Positions 28,691-37,430 of a stretch of 64,000 bases of DNA are shown piece by piece. Positions within the stretch are counted from its first letter, which is position 1. Each line of letters starts with the position of its first letter. The notes beneath the pieces are model-generated. The model was not told the origin of the DNA. It was given only the letters and a program-made list of their open reading frames with translations, and did not search any database. The translations under genes were made by a program, and so were the position numbers. The DNA is from Roseibacillus sp. (lineage in GTDB: Bacteria; Verrucomicrobiota; Verrucomicrobiia; Verrucomicrobiales; Akkermansiaceae): the NCBI GenBank assembly GCA_051251855.1, contig JBPOGI010000003.1, forward strand, positions 541,241 through 605,240, given 5' to 3'.

Positions 28691-28984
28691 TTAAGAAAAG
28701 AGAGAGAGGGTCACTTGCTTTCCTGCTTCTTCAAATGTGAGCTGATTACCGTCTGCTTTCACTCGAGAAGGGGAGAGTTGATGGCCTTTTGCTAAAAAAC
28801 TTTGGAAGTCTAAGAGTGAGACTTTGGCATGGAGAGCTGAGTTGGTCTCCCGAAGGACGGAAAAGCTTCGCAGGTGCGAAATATTGAGCTGGGAAGAGAA
28901 GTTACTGAGATCAGCCCTGAGCGGAAGAGCCAATGCTGCGGCAGCAGCAGACCCCATGAGAATAAAGTCACGGCGAGAGTTCAT
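28691..28984 (-). CDS. small Tat-exported protein
   Basis: MNSRRDFILMGSAAAAALALPLRA twin-arginine signal. Confidence 0.75.
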   Translation of the reverse strand: MNSRRDFILMGSAAAAALALPLRADLSNFSSQLNISHLRSFSVLRETNSALHAKVSLLDFQSFLAKGHQLSPSRVKADGNQLTFEEAGKQVTLSLFS

Positions 28985-29255
28985 AGTTTTGTTGTTCCAC
29001 CTGCGCTTGAGAAAGAGAAAAGGCCCAATCCTTTATCTTAGAGCAGGCCTAAATCACTAAAGATAGCCTCTGATTTGTCAATTCAATTCAGTAATCCAAT
29101 CATGATGATTTCATTGGGAGGTTATGAATGACTCTGTAGAAGTATGCTAAAAGACTTCTTTTAAAGGAGGTTGATACTATCAATTTAATGGACCCGCAGT
29201 TTTTGTGTAGAAGAATGGATTTCGTTGTTACCATATTGCTAATATTGAAACCGTA

Positions 29256-29507
29256 ATGTCACAGAACTTGGATAAACTGAGAGAGGCTGTAGAGAACGAT
29301 CCGCAAAATCCGAATCTACGCCTCGAGCTGGGAAAGGCTTTGGCAGGAGGTTCACTGAACGATGCCAAGGAAGCCATCAGTCATCTTCAGCAGGCCACCC
29401 GCAATCCGCATATTCGTGAGGAAGTCCTGACGGTGATGCGGCAGGTGTCTTCTAAACTAGGACTGGATGACATGGGACCACCGACGACTCCGCCCTTTAT
29501 GAATTGA
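29256..29507 (+). CDS. small TPR-like protein
   Basis: DPQNPNLRLELGKAL...EAISHLQQA. Confidence 0.6.
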   Translation: MSQNLDKLREAVENDPQNPNLRLELGKALAGGSLNDAKEAISHLQQATRNPHIREEVLTVMRQVSSKLGLDDMGPPTTPPFMN

Positions 29508-29618
29508 TAGAGAGAGAGGGATGGATGGTGGTCTCGGTGGTAAGAACCGTCCTAATTCTGGCACAGAAAAATCTGCGAGGCTATCTTATCAAGACGACTC
29601 TCTCCCGACCTTAGGTAA

Positions 29619-31100
29619 TTAATCCTTTTTCTTTAAAAGAGGGAACAAGACGACGTCTCTAATCGTGGGGGCGCCGGTAAGCATCATGATAAGGCGGTCG
29701 ATGCCAATACCGATGCCTCCTGCAGGGGGCATGCCGTGTTCGAGAGTCTCGATGAAGTCGTAGTCCACGAGTTGTTCTTCTTCGCCACCGGCTTGGTGTT
29801 CGAGGCGTTGGCGTTGGACGTCGGGGTCGTTGAGTTCGGAGTAACCAGGGGAAATTTCTTGGCCGTTGATAATGAGCTCGTAGACCTCGACGGTTTTGCC
29901 ACCGGGGGTGACTTTGGCGAGGGGAATCAGTTCGCTCGGAACGCGAGTCACAAAGCAGGGATCGAAGGTGTGTTCCTCGACCTTCTTTTCGAAGACTTGT
30001 TGCACTACCTCGTAGTCCTCCATCCCTTCGGAGATTTGCACGCCGAGTTCGGCGCACTTGGCGCGGCGGGCCTCGGGAGTGATGTCGAAGAAATCGTCAC
30101 CGGCTACTTCCTTGACGAGGTCGTGGTAGGCGGCGCGCTTCCAAGGGCGCGCGAGATTGATAGTTCGGGTGACTTCGCCTTCTTCGTTCTTGTGTTCGAT
30201 CTGAAGACCACCGCAGAACTTTTCGGCAAGATGGCAGGTCATCTCTTCCACCATCTCGGCCATGATCTCGAAGTCGGCAAAAGCTTGGTAGGCCTCGAGC
30301 ATAGTGAACTCGGGATTGTGACGCCGGGAGATGCCTTCGTTGCGGAAGTTACGGTTGAGTTCGAAGATTTTAGTAAAGCCACCGACGAGCATGCGCTTGA
30401 GGAAGAGTTCGGGCGCAATACGGAGGGTCAGCGCCATATTGAGGGCGTTATGATGGGTCTCGAAGGGGCGGGCGGCGGCGCCACCAGCGACGGATTGCAG
30501 CATGGGGGTTTCGACTTCGAGGTAGTCGCGCTCGTGCAGGAAATTGCGAATCTCGGCCACCATGCGGGAGCGAGTGACGAAGACTTCGGCACTGTCGGCA
30601 TTGGACATGAGGTCGAGGTGGCGCTTGCGATACTTTGTCTCGCGGTCAGTCAACCCTTGCCACTTGTCGGGCATGGGACGGAGAGCCTTGGAAAGGACGG
30701 TAACGTTCTCTACCTGGAGGGAAGGTTCGCCTTTTCCGGTGGTGAAGGTTTTGCCGGAAACACCGATCCAGTCGCCCATGTCGAGGCATTGGTAAACCTC
30801 CCACTGCTCTTCGCTGAGCTGCTTCTTGTTGAGGTAAATTTGAATGCGACCTTCAGCGTTGCCCAAGGTGCAGAAGACGCTTTTGCCGAAATCACGAATC
30901 GCTTCCACGCGGCCGGCGATGGTGGCGGGGAGGTCGTTCTCGAAATTTGCTTTTAATTGGCCTGGGGTATGGGTGGTCTCAAAGGCTTGACCATAAGGGT
31001 CATGGCCCATCTCACGGAGTTTGCCGAGTTTCTCGCGGCGAACAGCGATCAGTTCTTCGACGGTGGACTTCGGTTGGTTGGATGGGGCGTCTGCGCTCAT
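29619..31100 (-). CDS. lysS: lysine--tRNA ligase (class II)
   Basis: OB-fold anticodon domain, EVETPML, GGAAARPF.THHN, RNEG, HNPEFT, GMPPAGGIGIGIDRL. Confidence 0.98.
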   Translation of the reverse strand: MSADAPSNQPKSTVEELIAVRREKLGKLREMGHDPYGQAFETTHTPGQLKANFENDLPATIAGRVEAIRDFGKSVFCTLGNAEGRIQIYLNKKQLSEEQWEVYQCLDMGDWIGVSGKTFTTGKGEPSLQVENVTVLSKALRPMPDKWQGLTDRETKYRKRHLDLMSNADSAEVFVTRSRMVAEIRNFLHERDYLEVETPMLQSVAGGAAARPFETHHNALNMALTLRIAPELFLKRMLVGGFTKIFELNRNFRNEGISRRHNPEFTMLEAYQAFADFEIMAEMVEEMTCHLAEKFCGGLQIEHKNEEGEVTRTINLARPWKRAAYHDLVKEVAGDDFFDITPEARRAKCAELGVQISEGMEDYEVVQQVFEKKVEEHTFDPCFVTRVPSELIPLAKVTPGGKTVEVYELIINGQEISPGYSELNDPDVQRQRLEHQAGGEEEQLVDYDFIETLEHGMPPAGGIGIGIDRLIMMLTGAPTIRDVVLFPLLKKKD

Positions 31101-31220
31101 GAATTTGAAGGGAGGTTTATGGAAGAGGTTTGGGCGAATGAACAGGGAAAATAAAACGGAAATGAAGCTTGGTTCAAATAGGTTACTTCCTATGCTGCTG
31201 GGGTCTTTTTGGGGGGAATT

Positions 31221-31259
31221 GTAGTCCCGCAGGACCCGTTGCGAGTCCTGCGGGATTAC
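31221..31259. repeat. 15-bp GC-rich hairpin (REP-like or RNA-stabilising) between the EamA gene and lysS
   Basis: GTAGTCCCGCAGGAC-N9-GTCCTGCGGGATTAC; no U tract on the minus strand. Confidence 0.55.
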
Positions 31260-31264
31260 TACGT

Positions 31265-32149
31265 CTAGACGGAGGGTTTCGCCGGAAGGGCCGGGGTGAT
31301 GGAGATGCGCCAGGTGGCGAAGAGGGTCAGCACGGCACCCACGAGCTCAATGGGGGAGAATCTTTCTTGGAAAAAGAAGAAGGCCCCCGCGCTGGTCAGG
31401 AGGGGAATGAGCATTTGAATGGCCGAACCTTGAGCGACATCGAGATGGTAAAAGCCCTTTGTGATGAGGATTTGGCCATAAGCCACGATCGTGCCGCCGA
31501 ACATCAGCAATACCCAGGCGAAGGCAGAGGTGTCCCCGAAGCTGGGTGCGGCCAAGGGGACGGTCACTAACAAGGTGATGAGGCATTGCCCGGAATAAAT
31601 AGTGGCTGCGGTTTCGGTTCGGGTGAGCTTTCGAATGACGACCACGGTTGCACCCGCGAGGACTGCGCCGAGAAGACCTAACAAGTCATAGAGTCCAAAA
31701 GTGGAACCGACAAAGCTCTCCGAGAAAAAGAGTCCCAAGCCAACCATAGCGATCACGAGTAAGGCCATCGTTCTAGGACGAAGCTTTTCTTTGAGGACAA
31801 AGGCGGCAATGAGAGAGCCAAAGAGGGGATAGGTCAGATTAATGACCAATGCGCGGGCAGCTCCGAGCTCGATGACGGTAAAGTAGAGGAGGGAAATGGT
31901 GACGACGCCCAAGACCCCTCGCAGGAGGAGCATGGGCTTCACCAAATGACTGAGGTGTAAGCCTCTCCCTCCCGAGTACATTACTAATACGAAAATGGTG
32001 CCCGCCAAGCCGCGAGTAAAAGAGGACATCCAACCGTCCACCGATGCAATGAGTCCCAACCAGCGAATGATGAGCACATTCGCTGAGAAGAGGACAACAG
32101 AAAAGAGCATCATTAAGACGCCTTTGCGAGTGGATACGGGTTCGGTCAT
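31265..32149 (-). CDS. DMT/EamA-family transporter
   Basis: About 10 TMs in two repeats; LLLRG, PLF...LKEK, FQERFS. Confidence 0.9.
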   Translation of the reverse strand: MTEPVSTRKGVLMMLFSVVLFSANVLIIRWLGLIASVDGWMSSFTRGLAGTIFVLVMYSGGRGLHLSHLVKPMLLLRGVLGVVTISLLYFTVIELGAARALVINLTYPLFGSLIAAFVLKEKLRPRTMALLVIAMVGLGLFFSESFVGSTFGLYDLLGLLGAVLAGATVVVIRKLTRTETAATIYSGQCLITLLVTVPLAAPSFGDTSAFAWVLLMFGGTIVAYGQILITKGFYHLDVAQGSAIQMLIPLLTSAGAFFFFQERFSPIELVGAVLTLFATWRISITPALPAKPSV

Positions 32150-32207
32150 GGTCGTAGGTCAGAACCAAGCTGGGGACCGAACGGGAGAGGGACTCTGGGA
32201 AGACCTG

Positions 32208-32388
32208 CACTCCGGTTCGGCCATTGGGCGAGGCTCCGGAGTGTTGAGGTTGCAAAAATGCTAATGCGTTCAACTCATCACGACGGGTGCCTCGCACGGC
32301 CACATAATGGCTAGGCGTTTGGCAATCGTTTTGACGAGGAGAAGATTCACAGCGGCGGGGTCATGCCCTTGCTAAAAGATTTTGTCAA
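32208..32388 (-). promoter_or_regulatory. candidate promoter, 26-aa leader peptide (32350-32270) and alternative hairpins
   Basis: TTGACA at 32388-32383; uORF (GTG)NLLLVKTIAKRLAIMWPCEAPVVMS; hairpin 32208-32243; 7-nt complementarity between 32289-32295 and 32228-32234. Confidence 0.4.
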
Positions 32389-32537
32389 GGTTTTGAAGAC
32401 AAGAGCTTTGATTCCTGGCCGTGTTCTCCCCTCTCCTAGGATTCATGTTCTTTGCCGAGGTCTCTCGCGTGCCTGGTAGTCTGGAGCTACTTTCTGCTTT
32501 CTACGAGCTGGGAAAAGGTCTTCTCTCTATCAGCTCC

Positions 32538-32840
32538 ATGACTACTCAGGAAATTCAAGAATACATCGAGGCCGCTATGAGTTCGAAATTTGACGGCTAC
32601 ACCACGGAGTCGGCTGAGATGATGACGAGTGAAGGCGGAGACGGACGTTTTTTCGGCAAGGTATTTGCGACGAGATATGCTGGGCTTCCGAAGGGACAGA
32701 TGTTGTTTCTGGTAGTCGGTGAGACTGAAAAGAAGATTCAGATTGTCAAATTTGGAAACACCGAAAGCCTTACGCCGAGCGAGACCGACTTGGACCTCCT
32801 TCTTCTCAAAGAGCTCGGGGTGGAGATTGATGAGGAGTGA
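32538..32840 (+). CDS. small acidic hypothetical protein
   Basis: ATG 32538 MTTQEIQEYIEA...; globular composition. Confidence 0.7.
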   Translation: MTTQEIQEYIEAAMSSKFDGYTTESAEMMTSEGGDGRFFGKVFATRYAGLPKGQMLFLVVGETEKKIQIVKFGNTESLTPSETDLDLLLLKELGVEIDEE

Positions 32841-32855
32841 ACTGCATCTCGCGGT

Positions 32856-35159
32856 CTATTTCTTTTTGGCGTTTTTCAGAGCCATGGAGAACCAGTCGTC
32901 GTTGTTCTGAGCCGCCTTGCGGTTGCCGCCTGGCCTGCGATCGGAGCGCTGATTGCGGCCGCCACCTGGGTTGCGAGGGGCGGGGCTGTTGCGGTTGTTC
33001 GAAGTCTTCCGCTCGGACTCAAGTTCGGGTTGAGCTTTCATCGAAAGAGAGATGCGGTTGCGCTTGAGGTCGACTTCGGTGACGGTGACGTGGACCTTTT
33101 GGCCCACTTTGACAATCTCGGCAGGGTCGCTGACGAACTTGTCGGCGAGTTGGCTCACGTGCACTAGTCCGTCTTGATGAACCCCGACGTCGACGAAGGC
33201 TCCGAAGGCGGTGACGTTGGTAACGAGGCCGGGAAGCTTCATCCCTGCGACGAGGTCGGTGGGTTTTTCGACTCCTTCGGCAAAGGAGAAAATCTCGAAC
33301 TGCTTGCGCGGGTCGCGGCCGGGCTTGGCGAGTTCGGTGACGATGTCTTCGAGAGTGGGGAGGCCCACTTCTTCGCTGACGTATTTCCGGAGGTCGATTT
33401 TTTTGCGTGCAGCGGGATTGTTCAGGAGTTCTGGAAGTTCGCAGCCGACGTCCTTGGCCATTTGCTCGACAAGTTGGTAGCGCTCAGGATGAACCGCGGA
33501 GGAGTCGAGAAGATGTTTGCCGCCACGCACGCGCAGGAATCCTGCTGCTTGCTCGAAGGCTTTGGGCCCTAGGCGAGGGACTTTGTTGAGCTCGGTTCGT
33601 GATTGAAAGGGTCCGTTGCTATCGCGGTAAGAGACGATGTTCTGAGCGAGGGTGGCATTGAGGCCGGAGACGTAGGAGAGGAGTTGCTTGGAGGCGGTAT
33701 TTACTTCCACTCCCACTGCGTTCACGCTGGAGACCACGGTGTCGTCGAGGCTCTTTTTCAAAGCGCGTTCATCGACGTCGTGTTGGTATTGTCCGACCCC
33801 GATGGACTTGGGATCGATTTTGACCAACTCGGCCAAGGGGTCCATGAGGCGACGACCGATAGAGACAGCGCCGCGCACGGTGAGGTCTTCGTTGGGGAAT
33901 TCTTCCCGAGCCACTTCGGAGGCTGAGTAGATGGAGGCTCCGCTCTCGTTGACCATGACGATGGGGATGGTGACCTTGAGTTTGCGGATGAAGGCTTCGG
34001 TTTCGCGCGAGGCGGTGCCGTTGCCGATGGCGACAGCTTCGATTTGGTATTTTTTGAGGAGCTTGGAGACCTCTTCTGCTGCAGCGAGGATTTGTCCCTG
34101 AGAGCCAGCGGTGCAGTAGAGTACGGTGTGGTGCAGCAACTTGCCGGAGGGGTCGAGGACCACGGTTTTGCAGCCGGTGCGGAAGCCGGGGTCGATGGCG
34201 AGGAGACGCTTTTCGCCTAGCGGGGAAGCGAGCAGGAGTTCGCGCAGGTTGTCGGCAAAGACCGTGATGGCGGTCTCGTCGGCACGTCGCTTGGATTGCA
34301 GACGCGCCTCGGTCTCCATGGAAGACATGAGGAGACGCTTGCAGCCGTCCTCGACAGCTTTGACGATTTCCTCGCTAGAGGGACCGTTGCCAGTGACCCA
34401 CTCGGGGATGGCGAGGGCAGCGATTTGTTCGGGTGGCACGTTGACGCGCATGAAGAGAAAGCCTTCTTTTTCGCCTCGACGAATAGCGAGGAGGCGGTGA
34501 GAGGGGGTCTTTGTCAAAGGCTCGCTCCAGTCGAAGTAGTCGCGGAACTTTTGAGCATCGGCTTCTTCCTCTTTTCCATAGAGAACCTTGGAGGCGAGGA
34601 TGGCGTCGGTCTGGTAGACTTTTCGGGCGCGGCCACGGAGGTCGGCGTCTTCGGCGACTCGTTCCGCAATCACGTCACGTGCTCCCGCAAGGGCGTCTTC
34701 GACGGTGGCGACGTCTTTTTCCTCGGAGACGAACTTAGTCGCTTCGGCGGTGACTTCGGCGTTTTGGTTCTCTAACAGCCAGTCGGCGAGGGGTTCGAGT
34801 CCGCGCTCGATAGCTTTGGTGGCGCGTGTTTGGCGTTTGGGCCGGAAAGGGGCGAAGACGTCTTCGAGCGCGCTGAGGGTCTTGGCGGCGAGGACCTTTT
34901 TTTTGAGGTCTTCAGTGAGGATTTTGCGTTCGTCGAGGGACTTGAGGATGGCCTCGCGGCGCTTGTCGAGTTCGGCCAATTGGTTCAGCCGGTCGCGAAT
35001 GGTGGTGATTTGGACCTCATCGAGGGAACCTGTCTGTTCTTTGCGATAACGGGAGATGAAGGGGACGGTGCCACCTTCTTCGAGGAGCTTGGCAGTGGCG
35101 GCGACGGAACTGAGCTTGAGGCCAGTTTCTTGGGCGATGATCTCGATGTGCGAACTCAT
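32856..35159 (-). CDS. tex: Tex-family RNA-binding transcriptional accessory protein
   Basis: GGTVPFISRYRKE, IDPGFRTGCK, ESGASIYSAS, DPLAELVKIDPKSIGVGQYQHD, C-terminal S1 domain. Confidence 0.96.
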   Translation of the reverse strand: MSSHIEIIAQETGLKLSSVAATAKLLEEGGTVPFISRYRKEQTGSLDEVQITTIRDRLNQLAELDKRREAILKSLDERKILTEDLKKKVLAAKTLSALEDVFAPFRPKRQTRATKAIERGLEPLADWLLENQNAEVTAEATKFVSEEKDVATVEDALAGARDVIAERVAEDADLRGRARKVYQTDAILASKVLYGKEEEADAQKFRDYFDWSEPLTKTPSHRLLAIRRGEKEGFLFMRVNVPPEQIAALAIPEWVTGNGPSSEEIVKAVEDGCKRLLMSSMETEARLQSKRRADETAITVFADNLRELLLASPLGEKRLLAIDPGFRTGCKTVVLDPSGKLLHHTVLYCTAGSQGQILAAAEEVSKLLKKYQIEAVAIGNGTASRETEAFIRKLKVTIPIVMVNESGASIYSASEVAREEFPNEDLTVRGAVSIGRRLMDPLAELVKIDPKSIGVGQYQHDVDERALKKSLDDTVVSSVNAVGVEVNTASKQLLSYVSGLNATLAQNIVSYRDSNGPFQSRTELNKVPRLGPKAFEQAAGFLRVRGGKHLLDSSAVHPERYQLVEQMAKDVGCELPELLNNPAARKKIDLRKYVSEEVGLPTLEDIVTELAKPGRDPRKQFEIFSFAEGVEKPTDLVAGMKLPGLVTNVTAFGAFVDVGVHQDGLVHVSQLADKFVSDPAEIVKVGQKVHVTVTEVDLKRNRISLSMKAQPELESERKTSNNRNSPAPRNPGGGRNQRSDRRPGGNRKAAQNNDDWFSMALKNAKKK

Positions 35160-35246
35160 GAAAATGCGGTCGCGAAGAAGAGCATTTTTCGGGAATTGAG
35201 CAAGCGGTGAGAAGGTCTTTTCGCCTGTTGGGGAGGCGTCGCCCTC

Positions 35247-35990
35247 TTATTTGAGAATCCGAGTGAAAAAGGCGAGAGTGAGAGACCAGACTTGGGTGGC
35301 GATTTCGGGGTCGTGGCGATGGCCGATATCGCGCATGAAGGCGTGTTGGCCATTGAACTCGTGCCACGAAAGAGTGAGATCGGCGTCGGTCATGGTGTCG
35401 TAGATCTCGCGGCGGCCTTCGCGGGAAATGTGGGGGTCTTGGCGACCCCAAATCATGAGCATCTCGGCCTGGATCTCAGCGGCGCGATCGAGGGTGCCGT
35501 CGTTCTTGCCTTTTCCGAGTGAGCGCTGGGGGAGGTCGGTGCCGTAGAAGCTGGCGCCGGCAGAGATTTCGGGTTGGGTGACGCAGGCGCGGAAGCTGAG
35601 GTGGCCGCCGAGACAGATGCCGAGGGCTCCGATTTTTCCTGAGCAGGCTTCGTGGCATTGGAGGAACTTGACGAGGGCAGCGGCATCGTCATCGAAGGAG
35701 GAGACTTCCTTGGTAACCTTGAGCTCGTTGCCGCGATCGGTGCCCTGTTTGTCGTATTCGAAGACGGTGCCGAGCTCTTCGAATTCATGATAGACCTCGG
35801 GAGCGACCACAAGGAACCCGTGACCAGCCAAGTATTCTGCCGCACGCCGAATGGGAGCGGTGACCTGATAGATTTCGGAGTAGAGAATGATGGCGGGGTA
35901 TTTACCTTCCGCGACAGGGCGAAAGATATGGGTGCGCATGAGTCCCCGTGGGGTAGGAATATCATCGTGCTCGTCGTTGCGGTAAATCAT
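35247..35990 (-). CDS. dienelactone hydrolase family protein
   Basis: YSEIYQV, GICLGG, D, HAF triad; ATG 35990. Confidence 0.9.
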   Translation of the reverse strand: MIYRNDEHDDIPTPRGLMRTHIFRPVAEGKYPAIILYSEIYQVTAPIRRAAEYLAGHGFLVVAPEVYHEFEELGTVFEYDKQGTDRGNELKVTKEVSSFDDDAAALVKFLQCHEACSGKIGALGICLGGHLSFRACVTQPEISAGASFYGTDLPQRSLGKGKNDGTLDRAAEIQAEMLMIWGRQDPHISREGRREIYDTMTDADLTLSWHEFNGQHAFMRDIGHRHDPEIATQVWSLTLAFFTRILK

Positions 35991-36299
35991 AGGGTGAGGG
36001 GATGAAATTGTGACGAGGAGAGCAAGGGGGAACCTAGGGGTGAGTCTGCAAATTGCATGTCGCTGCGAATGGAGGCCGTTCAATCTGCACTTGAATGTGG
36101 TGAGAGGGGGGCAGAGGGCGAAGGTGAGAGGCCTGAAAGGGCTAGAGAATCATTACTCACAATGGTTTTGGCTCAGCAACTGCCGGAGAGAACTCAACAA
36201 TATGGCGAGATCTCGAAAAATCTTTTATCTCCAGCTTCAGGGTCTATCAGCCCCGGAAGAGCGCGTCGAGGACTCCAAAACGAGAACCAACCAATCAGC

Positions 36300-37418
36300 A
36301 TGAAACTTCCTTCTTCAAATAAAACCTCCACTCCGAGTGTCATCGACCAACCGACCGAGAACGGGGTCTTTCATAGAACTCTCCTTCGACTGGAGCGAAT
36401 CATTCATAGAATTCGAGGTGAACGTGTGCCCGATGAGAAATCGTTTGTTCGGTGCTTCCACGGGTATGGAATGGGTGAGGAAGTTATTCTCAGGGGGCGC
36501 GTCGAGCGTAAAAAAGAGCTTCGTCCCTCTGATGTCGACGACTCCAAACGGCGAAACTTTCTCAATATGGCCGCTCACTTTTTTACTAAAGAGATCCCTT
36601 ATGCTCGCGTGGAAGGCCGAGTCGGAGAAAAGACTTTTGAAACAGTCTGTGACGGCGAGGGCTACTTTTCCTATTGTCTGAACTTAGGCGAGACGTCATT
36701 GGCTGAGCCAGAGGTAGAATTTACCGCTCACGTTCTCCTTAGTGAAGATTCGGAAGAGGCCACCACTGTTTCCACAAAAGGAACGCTCTCGATATGTCCT
36801 GACTCGGCTCAAAGAATCATCATTAGCGACATCGATGATACTGTGATGGAGAGCGGTGCAGCTAAGCTCTGGCAACTCCTGCGCAATACTCTGTTAGAAA
36901 ACGTCCATACTCGGAGAGTCTTCCCCGGTGTTTCAAGATTCTACCGCGACCTTCAGGGAGGGGCTTGTGGGGGAGAAGCCAATCCGATCTTTTACGTGAC
37001 CAGTTCTCCTTGGAACTTGCGGGACTTCATCTTGAAGGTCTTCGAATTGCGTGGGACTCCTTCAGGACCTCTTTTCATGACCGATTGGGGAATCGACGAA
37101 ACTAAGGTTCTCAAGGCGGGGCACTCCGATCACAAACTCGAAGCGATCCGACATCTTCTCGATTTCCACCAGCCCTTGCCCGCTGTTCTGATTGGTGACA
37201 GTGGCGAAAAGGATCCTGAAATTTACTCTCAAGTCGTTGCCGATTATCCGGGAAGAATTAGCGCCATCTTTATTCGCCACGTTTCAGATTCTGCCCGCGA
37301 AAAAGAGGTGACTCGTCTGGGGGAGGTTTGCCAAGCAAGCGAGGTTCCCTTTCATCTCGTGAGCGACACCGATCAGGCGGAGGCTCTTTCTCGTTCTCTA
37401 GGCCTCGTGGCGAGGTAG
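36300..37418 (+). CDS. App1-family phosphatidate phosphatase (DUF2183)
   Basis: IISDIDDT, FYVTSSPWNL, LIGDSGEKDPEIY, IFIR; ATG 36300. Confidence 0.88.
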   Translation: MKLPSSNKTSTPSVIDQPTENGVFHRTLLRLERIIHRIRGERVPDEKSFVRCFHGYGMGEEVILRGRVERKKELRPSDVDDSKRRNFLNMAAHFFTKEIPYARVEGRVGEKTFETVCDGEGYFSYCLNLGETSLAEPEVEFTAHVLLSEDSEEATTVSTKGTLSICPDSAQRIIISDIDDTVMESGAAKLWQLLRNTLLENVHTRRVFPGVSRFYRDLQGGACGGEANPIFYVTSSPWNLRDFILKVFELRGTPSGPLFMTDWGIDETKVLKAGHSDHKLEAIRHLLDFHQPLPAVLIGDSGEKDPEIYSQVVADYPGRISAIFIRHVSDSAREKEVTRLGEVCQASEVPFHLVSDTDQAEALSRSLGLVAR

Positions 37419-37430
37419 ATCAGAAGGCGC

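Noticed and set aside
29736..30956. Long antisense ORFs (29736-30956, 11781-12728, 43041-44057, 38271-39104 and similar)
   Set aside because: Shadow frames opposite well-supported genes (lysS, ispG, CoADR, ATPase), expected from GC-rich codon bias
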